64,000 bases of DNA. It comes from Raja brachyura. Its lineage: Eukaryota. A program made the position numbers and the translations under genes. Within the stretch, counting starts at the first letter, position 1; every line of letters begins with the position of its first letter. Where the stretch lies: NCBI GenBank assembly GCA_963514005.1, contig OY740788.1, forward strand, positions 88,164,001 to 88,228,000. Direction: 5' to 3'. Positions 51,496 to 63,344 of this stretch are shown here, piece by piece. The notes below the pieces were generated by a model. It saw only the letters and a list, made by a program, of their open reading frames with translations. It was not told the DNA's origin and made no database searches.

Positions 51496-52842
51496 ACACT
51501 GCTTCTATGTTCTCCCACTTCTCATCCACTCCCTATACAATAGAGGCAATTTACAGAGGCCAACTAACCTACAAACTCGCACGTCTTTGGAATGTGGGAG
51601 GAAACCGGTGCACCCGGTGGAAACCCTTGTGGTCACACAGGGAGAACATGCAAACTCCACACAGACAGCACCTGAGATCAGGATTGAAGCCGGGTCTCTG
51701 GCTCTGTGAGGCAGCAGTCTTCATGCTCCAATGTGGCACCCACATTTGATGAAGTAAAGGGAAGCATTTGGCAGATGAAAACAGGAGAGACACTTGGGTA
51801 TAAAGAGAGCAAAAGACTACTTTCAATATAAATTAGGAGAGGAAAGGGACAAGAATAAATATCACTGACAGTCCGAATTAAGGAGAATCCCAAGGATTGA
51901 ACAATTGTATTAGAGTAAGAGGGTAACCAGGGAAAGAGTAGGAGCCAAGGAAAGTGAGGCTGTTACAAAGAACAATGGGGACCCGGCATGGGGGGGACGG
52001 TCGTGAGGGACGGTGGGAGAACAGAGTGGGAACTGGTGTGTGGGGGCACTTTAGTTTTAGAATCCTCTTCTGCGTTTGTTTGTCTGTTGTTTGTCCATTC
52101 GTTCTGGTTAAGGCGCTGTGCACACGGCAGCCAGCCAACACTTTTAATTTCAAGTATTTGTGTACCTTGTGTGTTGTGACTGTTGGCAGACCAATTTCCC
52201 TCCGGGGATGAATAAAATGTTATCGTATCGTATCGTAAAAGTGCTGCCAGATGCTGTGAAGTTTGGTATCTTCTGCCCGACAGGAGAGGGGACAAGTAGG
52301 AATGACAGGGGAGTGAATGGTCTTTCACGATGTTGGTTGCTTTCCCGAGGCAGCGTGGAGTGTAGGGTAGAGTAATTGCCAAACTAGGCTGTGATGTCAT
52401 CAATAGGATGCTTTATGTGGTCCATGTGTACACATTGGTAAGAGGTGTTGGAAGCATGCTGAATTTCCTTAGTCTGCTGTATCTGACTCTGCAACAGAAT
52501 CTTACATGTACTAAATGAATGTTACTAGAACTGCCAGCTTTGTTCCTGATTTACTGCTCAGTTTAACACACTGTGTACAGTCAACACACACTTACATGGA
52601 GCAGGATTTAACCTTTGATATTCAGTGTTTGTACTTTAGAGCTGTTGCTTTTACCAAAGGTATTCTTTGTCATTTCAGTGCAGAGTGAAAGAGCGAAGCT
52701 CAGGAGAAAACTAAAGAGTTTACAAATTGAGGATACATGTGCAGAACATTCATAAATATCCAACAGCTTTCATGCTGCCTTTTGTTTACAATTATTTTTG
52801 TGCTCATCATCTGTTCTGATCTTTGGTTGTTATTACCCACAG

Positions 52843-53193
52843 GTCTAACGGCAAACACATTCCTGATCCAATCCCCAGGAGCTCTGGTGGTGCGTGAAGG
52901 TGAAACAGTGGAGATACGGTGTGTCCTGAACAGCACCAGTGTGAAGGATATTGTGAACAAATTCCACGTTCACTGGTACAACTCACGTAATGGAGGAATC
53001 AAACTTAGTCTTTATGTGAGTGGCAAAACTTACAGGTCACCGGGCTTCTCCGAGCGATTTCAGCTTTCCAGGGACGACGCCAGTAACAGCTACTCACTGA
53101 CCATCAGAGAGGTGAAGATTGCCGACTCTGCTGATTACATCTGTTGCATTTGGAAAACTTTATTTGGAAATGGAACCCAGCTGAATGTAACCA
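52843..53193 (+). CDS. V3: intact germline-joined VJ-type Ig V-set exon
   Basis: cccacag|GT acceptor, A|GTGAGT donor, 351 nt, phase 1-1; FLIQSP..VEIRC..VHWY..SERFQLSRD..YSLTI..DSADYICCIWKTLFGNGTQLNVT. Confidence 0.9.
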
Positions 53194-53576
53194 GTGAGTA
53201 TTTAAATTGGTTCTATTTCCAATCCTAACATCACCAGGAATCATGACGTCATGTTGTCAGTTTTACAGAGACAGACATCATTAGAAGTTCACACTGCAAA
53301 ATGGAGAATGAAAATAGGCCACAATTATCTTTTAACTGAATAATGCAGATCACTCGGCACTGCGTTCTGAGACCAGGATGGAGAATGTAATTTGACATTG
53401 CCAGAGAGGTACACATAGTGTGGACAGATGAATGTAAAGAAATTACAGTATCGGTAGGTTAGTTTCTTCATGTGGAATCACTTTGCTTGAGTTTAGTTTA
53501 TTGTCACGTCTACCGAGGTACAGTGGAAAGCTTTTGTTGCCCGCTAACCAGTCAGCGGAAAGACAATACATGATTA

Positions 53577-56500
53577 GAAACATAGAAAATAGGTGCAGGA
53601 GGAGGCCATTCGGCCCTTCAAGCCAGCACCGCCATTCATTGTGATCATGGCTGATCGTCCGCTATCAATAACCCGTGCCTGCCTTCTCCCCATATCCATT
53701 GACCCCACTAGCCCCTAGAGCTCTATCCAACTCTCTCTTAAATCCATCCAGTGATTTGGCTTCCACTGCCCTCTTTGGCAGGGAATTCCATAAATTCACA
53801 ACTCTCTGGGTAAAAAAGTTTTTTCTCACCTCAGTCTTAAATGGCCTCCCCTTTTTTCTAAGTCTGTGGCCCCTGGTTCTGGACTCACCCAACATTGGGA
53901 ACAGTGTTAAAGAAAGAACTGCAGATGCTGGAGAATCGAGGGTTACACAAAAAGCTGGAGAAACTCAGCGGGTGCAGCAGCATCTAAGGAGCGAAGGAGA
54001 TAGGCGACGTTTCGGGTCTGAAGAAGGGTCTCGACCCAAAACGTCGCCTATCTCCTTCGCTCCTTAGATGCTGCTGCACCCGCTGAGTTTCTCCAGCTTT
54101 TTGTGTAACCCCCAACATTGGGAACACTTTTGCATGCATCTAGCTTGTCCAGTCCTTTCATACTTGTATATGTTTCTATAAGATCCCCCCTCATCCTTCT
54201 AAACTCCTGTGAATACAAGCCTAGTCTTTTTAATCTTTCGTCATATGACAGTCCCGCCATCCCAGGGATCAATCTCGTGAACCTACGCTGCACTGCCTCA
54301 ATCACAAGGATGTCCTTCCTCAAATTAGGAGACCAAAACTGTACACAAGACTCCAGATGTGGTCTCACCAGAGCCCTATACAACTGCAGAAGAACCTCTT
54401 TACTCCTGTACTGAAATCCTCTTGTTATGAAGGCCAACATTCCATTAGCTTTCTTCACTGCCTGCTGTACTGCACGCCAACTTTCAGTGACCGGTGTACA
54501 AGGACACCCAGGTCTCGCTGCACCTCCCCCTTACCTAACCTAACCCCATTGAGATAATAATCTGCCCCTTTGTTTTTGCTGCCAAAGTGGATAACCTCAC
54601 ATTTATCAATATTATACTGCACCTGCCATGCATCTGCCCACTCACTCAACCTGTCCAGGTCACCCTGCAACCCCCTAACATCCTCTTCACAGTTCACACT
54701 GCCACCCAGCTTTGTGTCATCCGCAAACTTGCTAGTGTTGATCCTAATTCCCTCTTCCAAATCATTAATATATATGGTAAACAGTTGCGGCCCCAACACC
54801 GAGCCTTGCGGCACTCCACTCGCCACTGCCTGCCATTCTGAAAAGGACCCGTTCACTCCTACTCTTTGCTTCCAGTCTGCCAACCAATTTTCTATCCATG
54901 TCAACACCCTACCCCCAATACCATGTGCTCTAATTTTAGTCACCAGTCTCCCGTGCGGGACCTTATCAAAGGCTTTCTGAACGTCTAGATACACTACATC
55001 CACTGGCACCCCTTCATCCATTTTACTTGTCACATCCTCAAAAAATTCCAGAAGATTAGTCAAGCATGATTTCCCTTTCATAAATCCATGTTGACTTGGA
55101 CTAATCCTTTTACTGCTATCCAAATTCCCCATTATTACCTCTTTAAAAATTGACTCCAGCATCTTTCCCACCACCGAAGTCAGGCTAACTGGTCTGTAAT
55201 TCCCCGTTTTCCCTCTCGCTCTTTCTTGAAAAGTGGGATAACATTAGCTATCCTCCAATCCACAGGAACTGATCCTGAATCGACTGAACATTGGAAAATG
55301 ATCACCAATGCACCCACTATTTCTAGAACCACTTCCCTGAGGATCCTGGGATGCAGACCATCAGGCCCAGGGGATTTATCATCCTTCAGTCACATTAGCC
55401 TCCCCAATACTATTTCTCGCCAAATGAAAATTTCTTTCAGTTCCTCTACCCCCTTAGATCCTCTGTCCAGTACATCTGGGAGATTGTTTGTGTCCTCCTT
55501 AGTGAAGACAGATCCGAAGTAGCTATTCAACTCTTCTGCCATTTCCTTGTTGCCCATAATAATTTCACCCATGTCTGCCTTCAAGGGACCCACATTTGTC
55601 TTTGCTACTCTTTTTTCCTTAACATATCTAAAGCAGCTTTTACTGTCCTTCTTTATATTCCTGGCCAGCTTCCCCTCGTACTTCATCTTTTCAGCCTGTA
55701 TTGCCCGTTTTGTTTCCTTCTGTTGTCCTATGAAAGTTTCCCAATCCTCCGGCTTCCGGCTACTCTTTGCTGTGTTATACATCTTATCTTTTAGTTTTAT
55801 TCTATCCCCAACTTCTCTTGTCAGCCACGGTTGCCTCCTACTCCCCTTAGAATCTTTCTTCCCTTTTGGAATGAAATGATCCTGCGTCTTCCGGATTATG
55901 CCCAGAAATTCCTGCCATTGCTGTTCCACCATCATTCCTGCTAGGATCCCTTTCCAGTCTACCTTGGCCAGCTCCACTCTCATGCCTTCATAATCCCCTT
56001 TGTTCAGCTGCATCACTGCCACTTCCGATTTAACCTTCTCCTTCTCAAATTACAGATTAAAACTAATCATATTATGATCACTACCTCCAAGCGGTTCCTT
56101 TACCTCGAGTTCTCTTATCATATCTGGTTCATTGGACAACACTAAATCCAGAATTGCCTTTTCTCTGGACGGCTCCATTACAAGATGCTCTAAGAATCCA
56201 TCTCGGAGGCATTCTACAAACTCTCTTTCTTGGGGTCCTGAACCAACCCGATTTTCCCAGTCTACCTGCATATTGAAATCCCCCATCACCACAGTGGCAT
56301 TACCTTTGTTACATGCCAGTTTTAACTCCTGCTGCAACTTACACCCTACATCCCGGCTACTATTTGGGGGTCTGTAAATAACACCAATTAGTGTCTTCTT
56401 GCCTTTACAATTCCTCAACTCAATGCACAGTGACTCTACCTCGTCAGTCCCTATGTCTTCCCTCACAAGGGACTGAATTCCATCCCTCACCAGCAGAGCT

Positions 56501-58470
56501 TCCCCCCCCCCTCCTCTGCCCACCTGCCTGTCCTTTCTATAGGATGTATAACCCTGAATATTAAGTTCCTAAGATCCTCCTGCAGCCACGTCTCAGTAAT
56601 CCCCACAATGTCATATCTACCAACCTCTAACCAAGCCTCAAACTCATCTACTTTACTTCTTATAGAAACATAGAAAAATAGGTGCAGGAGTAGGACATTC
56701 GGCCCTTCGAGCCTGCACCGCCATTCAATGTGATCATGGCTGATCATCTAACTCAGTATCCCATACCTGCCTTCTCTCCATACCCCCTGATCCCTTTAGC
56801 CACAAGTGCCACATCTAACGCCCTCTTAAATATAGCCAATGAACTGGCCTCAACTACCTTCTGTGGCAGAGAATTCCAGAGACTCACCACTCTCTGTGTA
56901 AAGAATGTTTTCCTCATCTCGGTCCTAAAGGAATTCCCCCTTATCCTTAGACTGTGACCCCTTGTTCTGGACTCCCCCAACATCGGGAACAATCTTCCAG
57001 CATCTAGCTTGTCCAACGCCTTAAGAATTTTGTACGTTTCTATAAGATCCCCCCTCAATCTTCTAAATTCCAGCGAGTACAAGCCGAGTCTATCCAATCT
57101 TTCCTCATATGAAAGTCCTGACATTCCAGGAATCAGTCTGGTGAATCTTCTCTGTATCCCCTCTATGGCAAGGATGTCTTTCCTCAGATTTGGAGACCAA
57201 AACTGTACGCAATACTCCAGGTGTGGCCTCACCAAAACCCTGTACAACTGCAGTAGAACCTCCCTGCTCCTATACTCAAATCCTTTCGCTATGAATGCTA
57301 ACATACCATTTGCTTTCTTCACTGCCTGCTGCACCTGCATGCCTACTTTCAATGACTGGTGTACCATGACACCCAGGTCTCGTTGCATCTCCCCTTTTCG
57401 TAATCTGCCACCATTCAGATAATAGTCTACCCTCATGTTTTTGCCACCAAAGTGGATAACCTCACATTTATCCACATTATACTGCATCTGCCATGCATCT
57501 GCCCATTCACTCAGCCTATCCAAATCACCCTGCAGCCTCCAAGCATCCTCCTCACACCTAACTATACCCCCCAGCTTGGTGTCATCTGCAAATTTGGAGA
57601 TGTTGCATTGAATTCCCTCGTCCAAATCATTAATATATATTGTAAATAGCTGGGGTCCCAGCACTGAGCCTTGCGGTACCCCACTAGTCACTGCCTGCCA
57701 TTCTGAAAAGGACCCGTTTACTCCTACCCTTTGCCTCCTGTCTGCTAGCCAGTTCTCTATCCACATCAATACTGAACCCCCAATACCGTGTGCTTTAAGT
57801 TTGTATGCTAATCTCTTATGCGGGACCTTGTCGAAAGCCTTCTGAAAGTCTAGATATAACACATCCAATGGTTCTCCCTTATCCACTCTACAAGTTACAT
57901 CCTCGAAAAATTCTATCAGATTTGTCAGACATGATTTACCTTTCATAAATCCATGCTGACTTTGTCCAATGATTTCACCACTTTCCAAATGTGCTGTTAT
58001 CCCATCTTTAATAACTGACTCTAGCAGTTTCCCCACTACCGATGTTAGACTAACTGGTCTGTAATTCCCCGCTTTCTCTCTCCCTCCTTTTTTAAAAAGT
58101 GGGATTACGTTTGCTACCCTCCAATCCTCAGGAACTACTCCAGAATCTAAGGAATTTTGAAAAATTTATCACTAAATTATACTTCGCGCATTCATATACA
58201 ATACTTTTAATTCCTTACGCATCTCTCCTCTCACATCGATCCCTATTACACTTGGCCATACTCTCCTATCCCTTTGTGAGCTTCCTTTCCCATTAATTCT
58301 GTGGTCATTAACCATCCCTTTACTCTCTTTCCCTTTAACTCCATCGTTGACTATCCCATTTGACACCCCACCCCCCTTATTCAGTTTAAAACCACCCGTG
58401 TAGCAGTGGCAAACCTGCCTGCCAGAATGCCGGTCCCCCACCTGTTAAGATGCAATCCGTCCCTTTTACA
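53577..58470 (-). mobile_element. CR1 LINE (ORF2) with a nested younger CR1 (about 56660-58170) and a hairpin insert; fills most of the V3-V4 intron
   Basis: Outer APE split at YMNARSI|IRSKVDE; inner ORF 56753..58036 is 427 aa of RT; outer ORFs span 53665-56523. Confidence 0.88.
53904..54110. mobile_element. 207-bp foldback insertion with a 16-bp TSD
   Basis: CCCAACATTGGGAACA at 53888-53903 and 54111-54126; 78-bp arms at 53941-54018 and 54033-54110. Confidence 0.9.
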
Positions 58471-58784
58471 ATCGAGCCATCCACAGTTTATACACAGTCA
58501 TTGTTAGTTGCACCATCTGCCACACTGAGATCAATTACTCGACGGTCAGCATGGGCTCAGTGGGCTGAAGGGCCTGTTTCCACGCTGCATCTCTACACTA
58601 AAGTAAACTACACATTACCACCTCAATGATCTATTTGTACTATTTCCATACATTCTTATTCCTCCAACATACAGAGATCTGCTTATCTCTGTGTAGAGCG
58701 CAACAAAGGACTAAATACACGACTAAACAAAGCTAAATGAAAAATGAAATCCCCATTGTGAGGCAACACCTCCCAACACTGGGG

Positions 58785-58809
58785 GAGAGAGAGAGAGAGA
58801 GAGAGAGAG
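58785..58809 (+). repeat. (GA)n microsatellite
   Basis: Directly visible; other simple repeats are (CTATTTAT)n near 26340-26372 and (TATCG)n near 52219-52236. Confidence 0.9.
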
Positions 58810-59005
58810 TGAAAGATAATCGTGAACAGGGAGAAAGTTGCAATCAGCTGCAATCATGATTTTAATATCAGTTGCGAACCAAGTTAGCATCACTTTTACA
58901 TGAGGTTATCTAATGACCAAGGATGAATGTATTTTAAGTTGAAACACATACAGTATTTAGCACCCCCAACATTAGTGTTCATCTATTGATATTTTCCCTT
59001 TCAAG

Positions 59006-59350
59006 TTGCAAACCCTCCGATCCTGATCCAATTCCCGAGGCTGGAGCGTGTCACTGAGGGTCACACGGCACGGTTATGGTGCTCCATGGAGAACGCTGAA
59101 GTGGGAAATACTGACGTCCACTGGTACCAAGAACTACCCGGGCAGGACATGGAGTGGGTTTTAACACACGAGGCAGGAGGCAGCGTACGAAGGAGACCAG
59201 GCTTCACTGAGCGGTTCCAGCCATTCAAAGACGTCTCCAACAGCAGCTTCATCCTGAATGTCACAAACGTGATGCTGAATGACTCTGCCGTCTATTATTG
59301 CACAGTGTGGGGAGATATCAGAGGGAACGGGACCCAGCTCAACGTAACCA
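59006..59350 (+). CDS. V4: intact germline-joined VJ-type Ig V-set exon (divergent subtype)
   Basis: ccctttcaag acceptor, A|GTAAGT donor, 345 nt, phase 1-1; ILIQFP..ARLWC..VHWYQELPGQDMEWVL..TERFQPFKD..FILNVTNV..DSAVYYCTVWGDIRGNGTQLNVT. Confidence 0.9.
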
Positions 59351-59899
59351 GTAAGTACAAATTATAGTTGGTTTTATTCACCTATGTGTAACTATATTGG
59401 GTGTAATTCACTTCCCTTGAATTGGCACATGTACCGGGAGTACTGAAAGAATAAGGAGATCATACTGGAGCTTAAGGTACAGGAGAGCAGAACGACAACT
59501 TGTCATGGCTTTAGATTAACCAATGCTGCCTCCTTCTTGCAATGGTTCAATATTTGTTACATATGCAACTGTGCAGTGAAATTATTTTTGCATATATTAC
59601 ACGTACTGGCACCGCCATGTTTTGGCGCCATCACTCAAAGTGCAACGTCCGGTCACCCCACAGCTCGATGTACTGGAGTAGTTCCCACGAACCAAGCCTT
59701 AGGGCAGTTTATTGAATCTGCAGAACATAATTTGATTTATCATGCAACGGCTGATTTCCCAAGCCTCAGGCTGAACCAGCAAAGTTACGTTTAAAATAAC
59801 CATATAAGGTTGTATAATTATTCCCGACAAATCGGGAATCAACGTTGCATAAACCAATCACACAATAGAACCTAAAACGGGCACTTAATGACTTTATTT

Positions 59900-62540
59900 G
59901 AAGCCCTGATTGATGAAGCAAATGGAGGAAGACATAAAATACTGCCTTCTCCTTGTAGCGAGAATGAATGTCTTGCCACTGTTATGCCACATATTTTGCA
60001 ACCTGTGAATAAGCATAAAAAACAAACATGTCTATATTTGGTGTTCCATGGAACCAGAGTTTCTTAATACGGTGTGATTCAACACCCATTCTGTGTTGCC
60101 ATTGACCTATACTTGATGATTCTCCTGTGGCAAACGAGGTTATGTAACCATTACAGCAGTCTTTAATTGATTGCACCATGTGACTAACATATGCCGCCAT
60201 CATAATGTATCAACATGAAGCTGAGCACGCAGATATGCATATTTGCTCAATCACTCTTTAACCCATACAATGCGCATAGGGTCTATAGATAGTTGATACC
60301 AATAAGTGAAGAATTGGTAAGTAATGCAAATCTGCTCCACCTCCAAACTCAAGCTGATATTCGCAATTTAATGTTTGCCGGGAACGGCAACTGTGGCCCG
60401 ATTTCCGAGCCAGTCTTGCAAGACAATCCTGGCCCTTGTGCTGAGCCTGCCCAATTATAACCTGCTTGGAATGCTAGTATTGTCCAGTTTTACACGGTTG
60501 GACCCCTCAAAGTAGATGATAATGTCTCAATCATTTGTATTATCCAACCAAGTGTACATCTTACCAAATTGTACATGGTCCCTTAGTTATAGAGTAACAC
60601 AGGTAATATGCGTGGAACCTCTGGCCAACTTCCATGCTGCCACCAGCTTCAGTGAACCGCTACTGCCGAACTATGAAGCCTTATTCGTTCAATAGCTTGT
60701 GCTTCGTCCTCCAGGTATCGCCTATGAAACAGGTCTTACCCAAATAGAAGATTTGGCGGCCGGCTCTATGTCCACCTGATAGCAGTGTTCACTGCATATG
60801 TGTTTGAATGGCAACCTTGCTACCAAGCATGGTACATCTGGCATGTGCCCATCATCCCTTGGGCATGCACCACGGCTATACCCGCAGACTCGGCGTTAGA
60901 TTATACTGACCCGGCATGCTCCCATATTACATGAGGGAGACATTAAGCAGGCCTGCTACAAGGCGCTGCTGGCACGGCTTCAGCAATACGCCAACTTTGC
61001 CATGGACCCAGCGTCAGACTAATACTGACATGGCATGCTCTCGTCCTACATGAGGGAGACATTAAGCAGGCCTGCTACAAGGCGCTGCTGGCACAATTTC
61101 CCATTTTTAGGGCCATTAGCACCATTTTGCAATACAATGAAATATTTACCTAACAACTACTGGAGCAGTAATGAATACTGGTTGTCCATCATTGTGACTT
61201 TGGTAGCTTCAGCCGGTAATAACAAGTTGTGTTAACAATGACCTACATGGCACTTTATAGTTTACCATTTAACAGGATGACAGTTCTCCTACTTGCACAG
61301 CTGAATCCCATCTATACTATTGCCAATTAGTCTAATGAATAGAAGGCTGCTTTATAACAACAAGGCTGTTACAGGAGTCTATTGACTGCAATCTGTTGCC
61401 CAGGCCGGCCTCAATGGCCAATTGAATAGCTAAAGGTAAATCCCAATGTCCTACATGTCTATTTGATAACTTAATCTTAACTGGATAGAGGAGCCCAATT
61501 TCTCAAATATAGTTTGAGATTTAAACAGTGGATTTTAGCACATACATTGCCAGTGTTTTTGAACTCTAAGTAGTCCTCTTTGAATGCTGTTTTTGACATC
61601 ATTCTGTTATATTGCCTTATCCTAGCAATGCCTTCTCAAATATACCCCATGATCACTATAAATGGGAATACCCAATAAAAACAATTGTTAATCTACCATC
61701 TTTCATAATGAACGGGCCACGCCTGCCATCATGGCTACACTGCCATGGACTTGACATCCCCACTAAGCAGCCTATTCCCATGAAGCAGCCCTGAACAAAG
61801 GTACTGCTGGCGCGGCCTTTCCCATAGGCTAGTATTTGCCATAGATTTGGCGTCCTCATGAAGCAGCCCTGAGCAAAGGTGCTGCTGGCACAGCCTCTCC
61901 AATAGGCTAGCCTGCCATAACTTGGCATCGCCCTGGAGCAGCCCTGAGCGAAGGTGCTGCTGGCACAGCCTCTCCAATAGGCTAGACTGCCATAAATTGG
62001 CATCGCCCTGGAGCAGCCCTGAGCGAAGGTGCTGCTCGCACAGCCTCTCCAATAGGCTAGACTGCCATAACTTGGCATCGCCCTGGAGCAGCCCTGAGCG
62101 AAGGTGCTGCTGGCACAGCCTCTCCAATAGGCTGGCAAGGCCATAAGCTTTGCTGCTGGCGCGGGCTCTCACATTGACCCGCGCTGGCCCAACTCCTGCT
62201 GTAGGAGTGTCTCTAAAACCCAACGTCTAGAATCACTGACCATCTTATCAGTGACTCCGATTGCGAAACCCGACATTCGCCAGCCTCCCACTTCCGCGGT
62301 CAGACCAGGCCCTTAGCTGGTTCCTTCGTCAACCGTCGCAAAACATCCGGCGAAAACCGAGGTTCCTGCAGGAGACCTAAAACAGGTAAGAAATACCACT
62401 TACCTGAAGTTTAAACTTAGCGCTGGAGGAGCTGTGCTGCTCCAACCGGTCGACCTGCACCAATGCGTCTGACGTAATGACGCACGTGTGGCGGGACGGG
62501 GTTCTTCACGTAGCCACTCACGTGACTCCGAAGTAAAATA
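59900..62540 (-). mobile_element. DIRS-type element, copy 2 (5' part, degenerate)
   Basis: Its terminus 62503-62540 is the reverse complement of the copy-1 ICR segment 38780-38816; RNase H/MT-like peptide (..PNIDMF) in ORF 59982..60203; lower boundary uncertain. Confidence 0.65.
61785..62146. repeat. 75-bp tandem repeat, about 4.8 units
   Basis: Units start at 61785, 61863, 61938, 62013 and 62088; 25-aa repeats in the ORF track. Confidence 0.95.
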
Positions 62541-62544
62541 TGTC

Positions 62545-63075
62545 CCATTTATTGTTACTTCTTTTGTCACAATAACAGATCGTCTTAACTAGGCTCTGGG
62601 ACAATTCACTAATTTAAACCAAGGTATTTCCCAAATCCTAGTCTCATTTACCTTCCATCCTGGCTTTTTAGGCCATATGCCACCCTTTAAATATGGGTCC
62701 TTGAATCTGATTAGTTGCTGTTTTATTGCAAAAACAGTGTAAGGCCAGAATCTCAGTAAGGTTAAGGGGTTTTGTCAAGAGGGGTATTTCTCCTCCACCA
62801 TTATATGGGATGTGCGTACACAGCCAGCATACACTTATTATCACGAAGGGCAAATTCAAAACTCATAATAAACAAATTATTTCCCCAAGTCCAGTCCATC
62901 TGGTCCAACCCCAGAATAAAAAAAGAGGGTCAATAGCCCCATTTCTTGGTTCTCTGACCCGTTTACACTCAATCAGATGTATCCACTTCACGGCAGTTGA
63001 TGTTGTTGGTAGCACCTGCTACAGTCCCTTTCAAAACAGTCTCAATTTCTTCTGATCCCAGTGCCATATCAGTAC
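62545..63075 (-). mobile_element. ERV remnant: integrase C-terminus followed by env SU N-terminus
   Basis: KGL*QVLPTTSTAVKWIHLIECKRV (degenerate GPY/F module), then CWLCTHIP in ORF 62668..62859. Confidence 0.65.
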
Positions 63076-63344
63076 TTAGTCTGATAGTAAAGGGCCTTGT
63101 CCCACTAACGTGACTATACAGTGACTGTCTTCGACCTTCAAGCTCCAGGGCACTCGCCTGAAAAACCTTGAGCTGGTTCGACCGTCAGCGATGAAACTGC
63201 GAGCTGGATCGACCGACCGCACACACACACGCACACAAACACATCGCACAGGCGGTGGCCAGGGAAAGCGGGGGGAGTGCTGTCTGAAATTCACGCCCGC
63301 GATGAACAGGATAACGCGTAGAGAACGCGTAGAGGGGGGTTGCA

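Noticed and set aside
52737-52842. Hydrophobic in-frame N-terminal 'signal peptide' on V3
   Set aside because: Corresponds to the T-rich intron/pyrimidine tract homologous to the V1/V2 flanks, ending in a canonical phase-1 acceptor.
24627-58036. Recurrent ORFs such as MIMADHPTQYP.. and MISHDHIEWRCRLEG.. as a gene family
   Set aside because: Antisense or 3' UTR translations of CR1 copies.
17287-59350. Rearranging TCR/Ig locus
   Set aside because: V and J are fused in single exons; no heptamer-spacer-nonamer RSS, D/J segments or C1 exons were seen, and V1/V2 are followed by TM and Tyr-tail exons.
61785-62146. CRISPR-like array
   Set aside because: Contiguous tandem units with no unique spacers, in a eukaryotic context.
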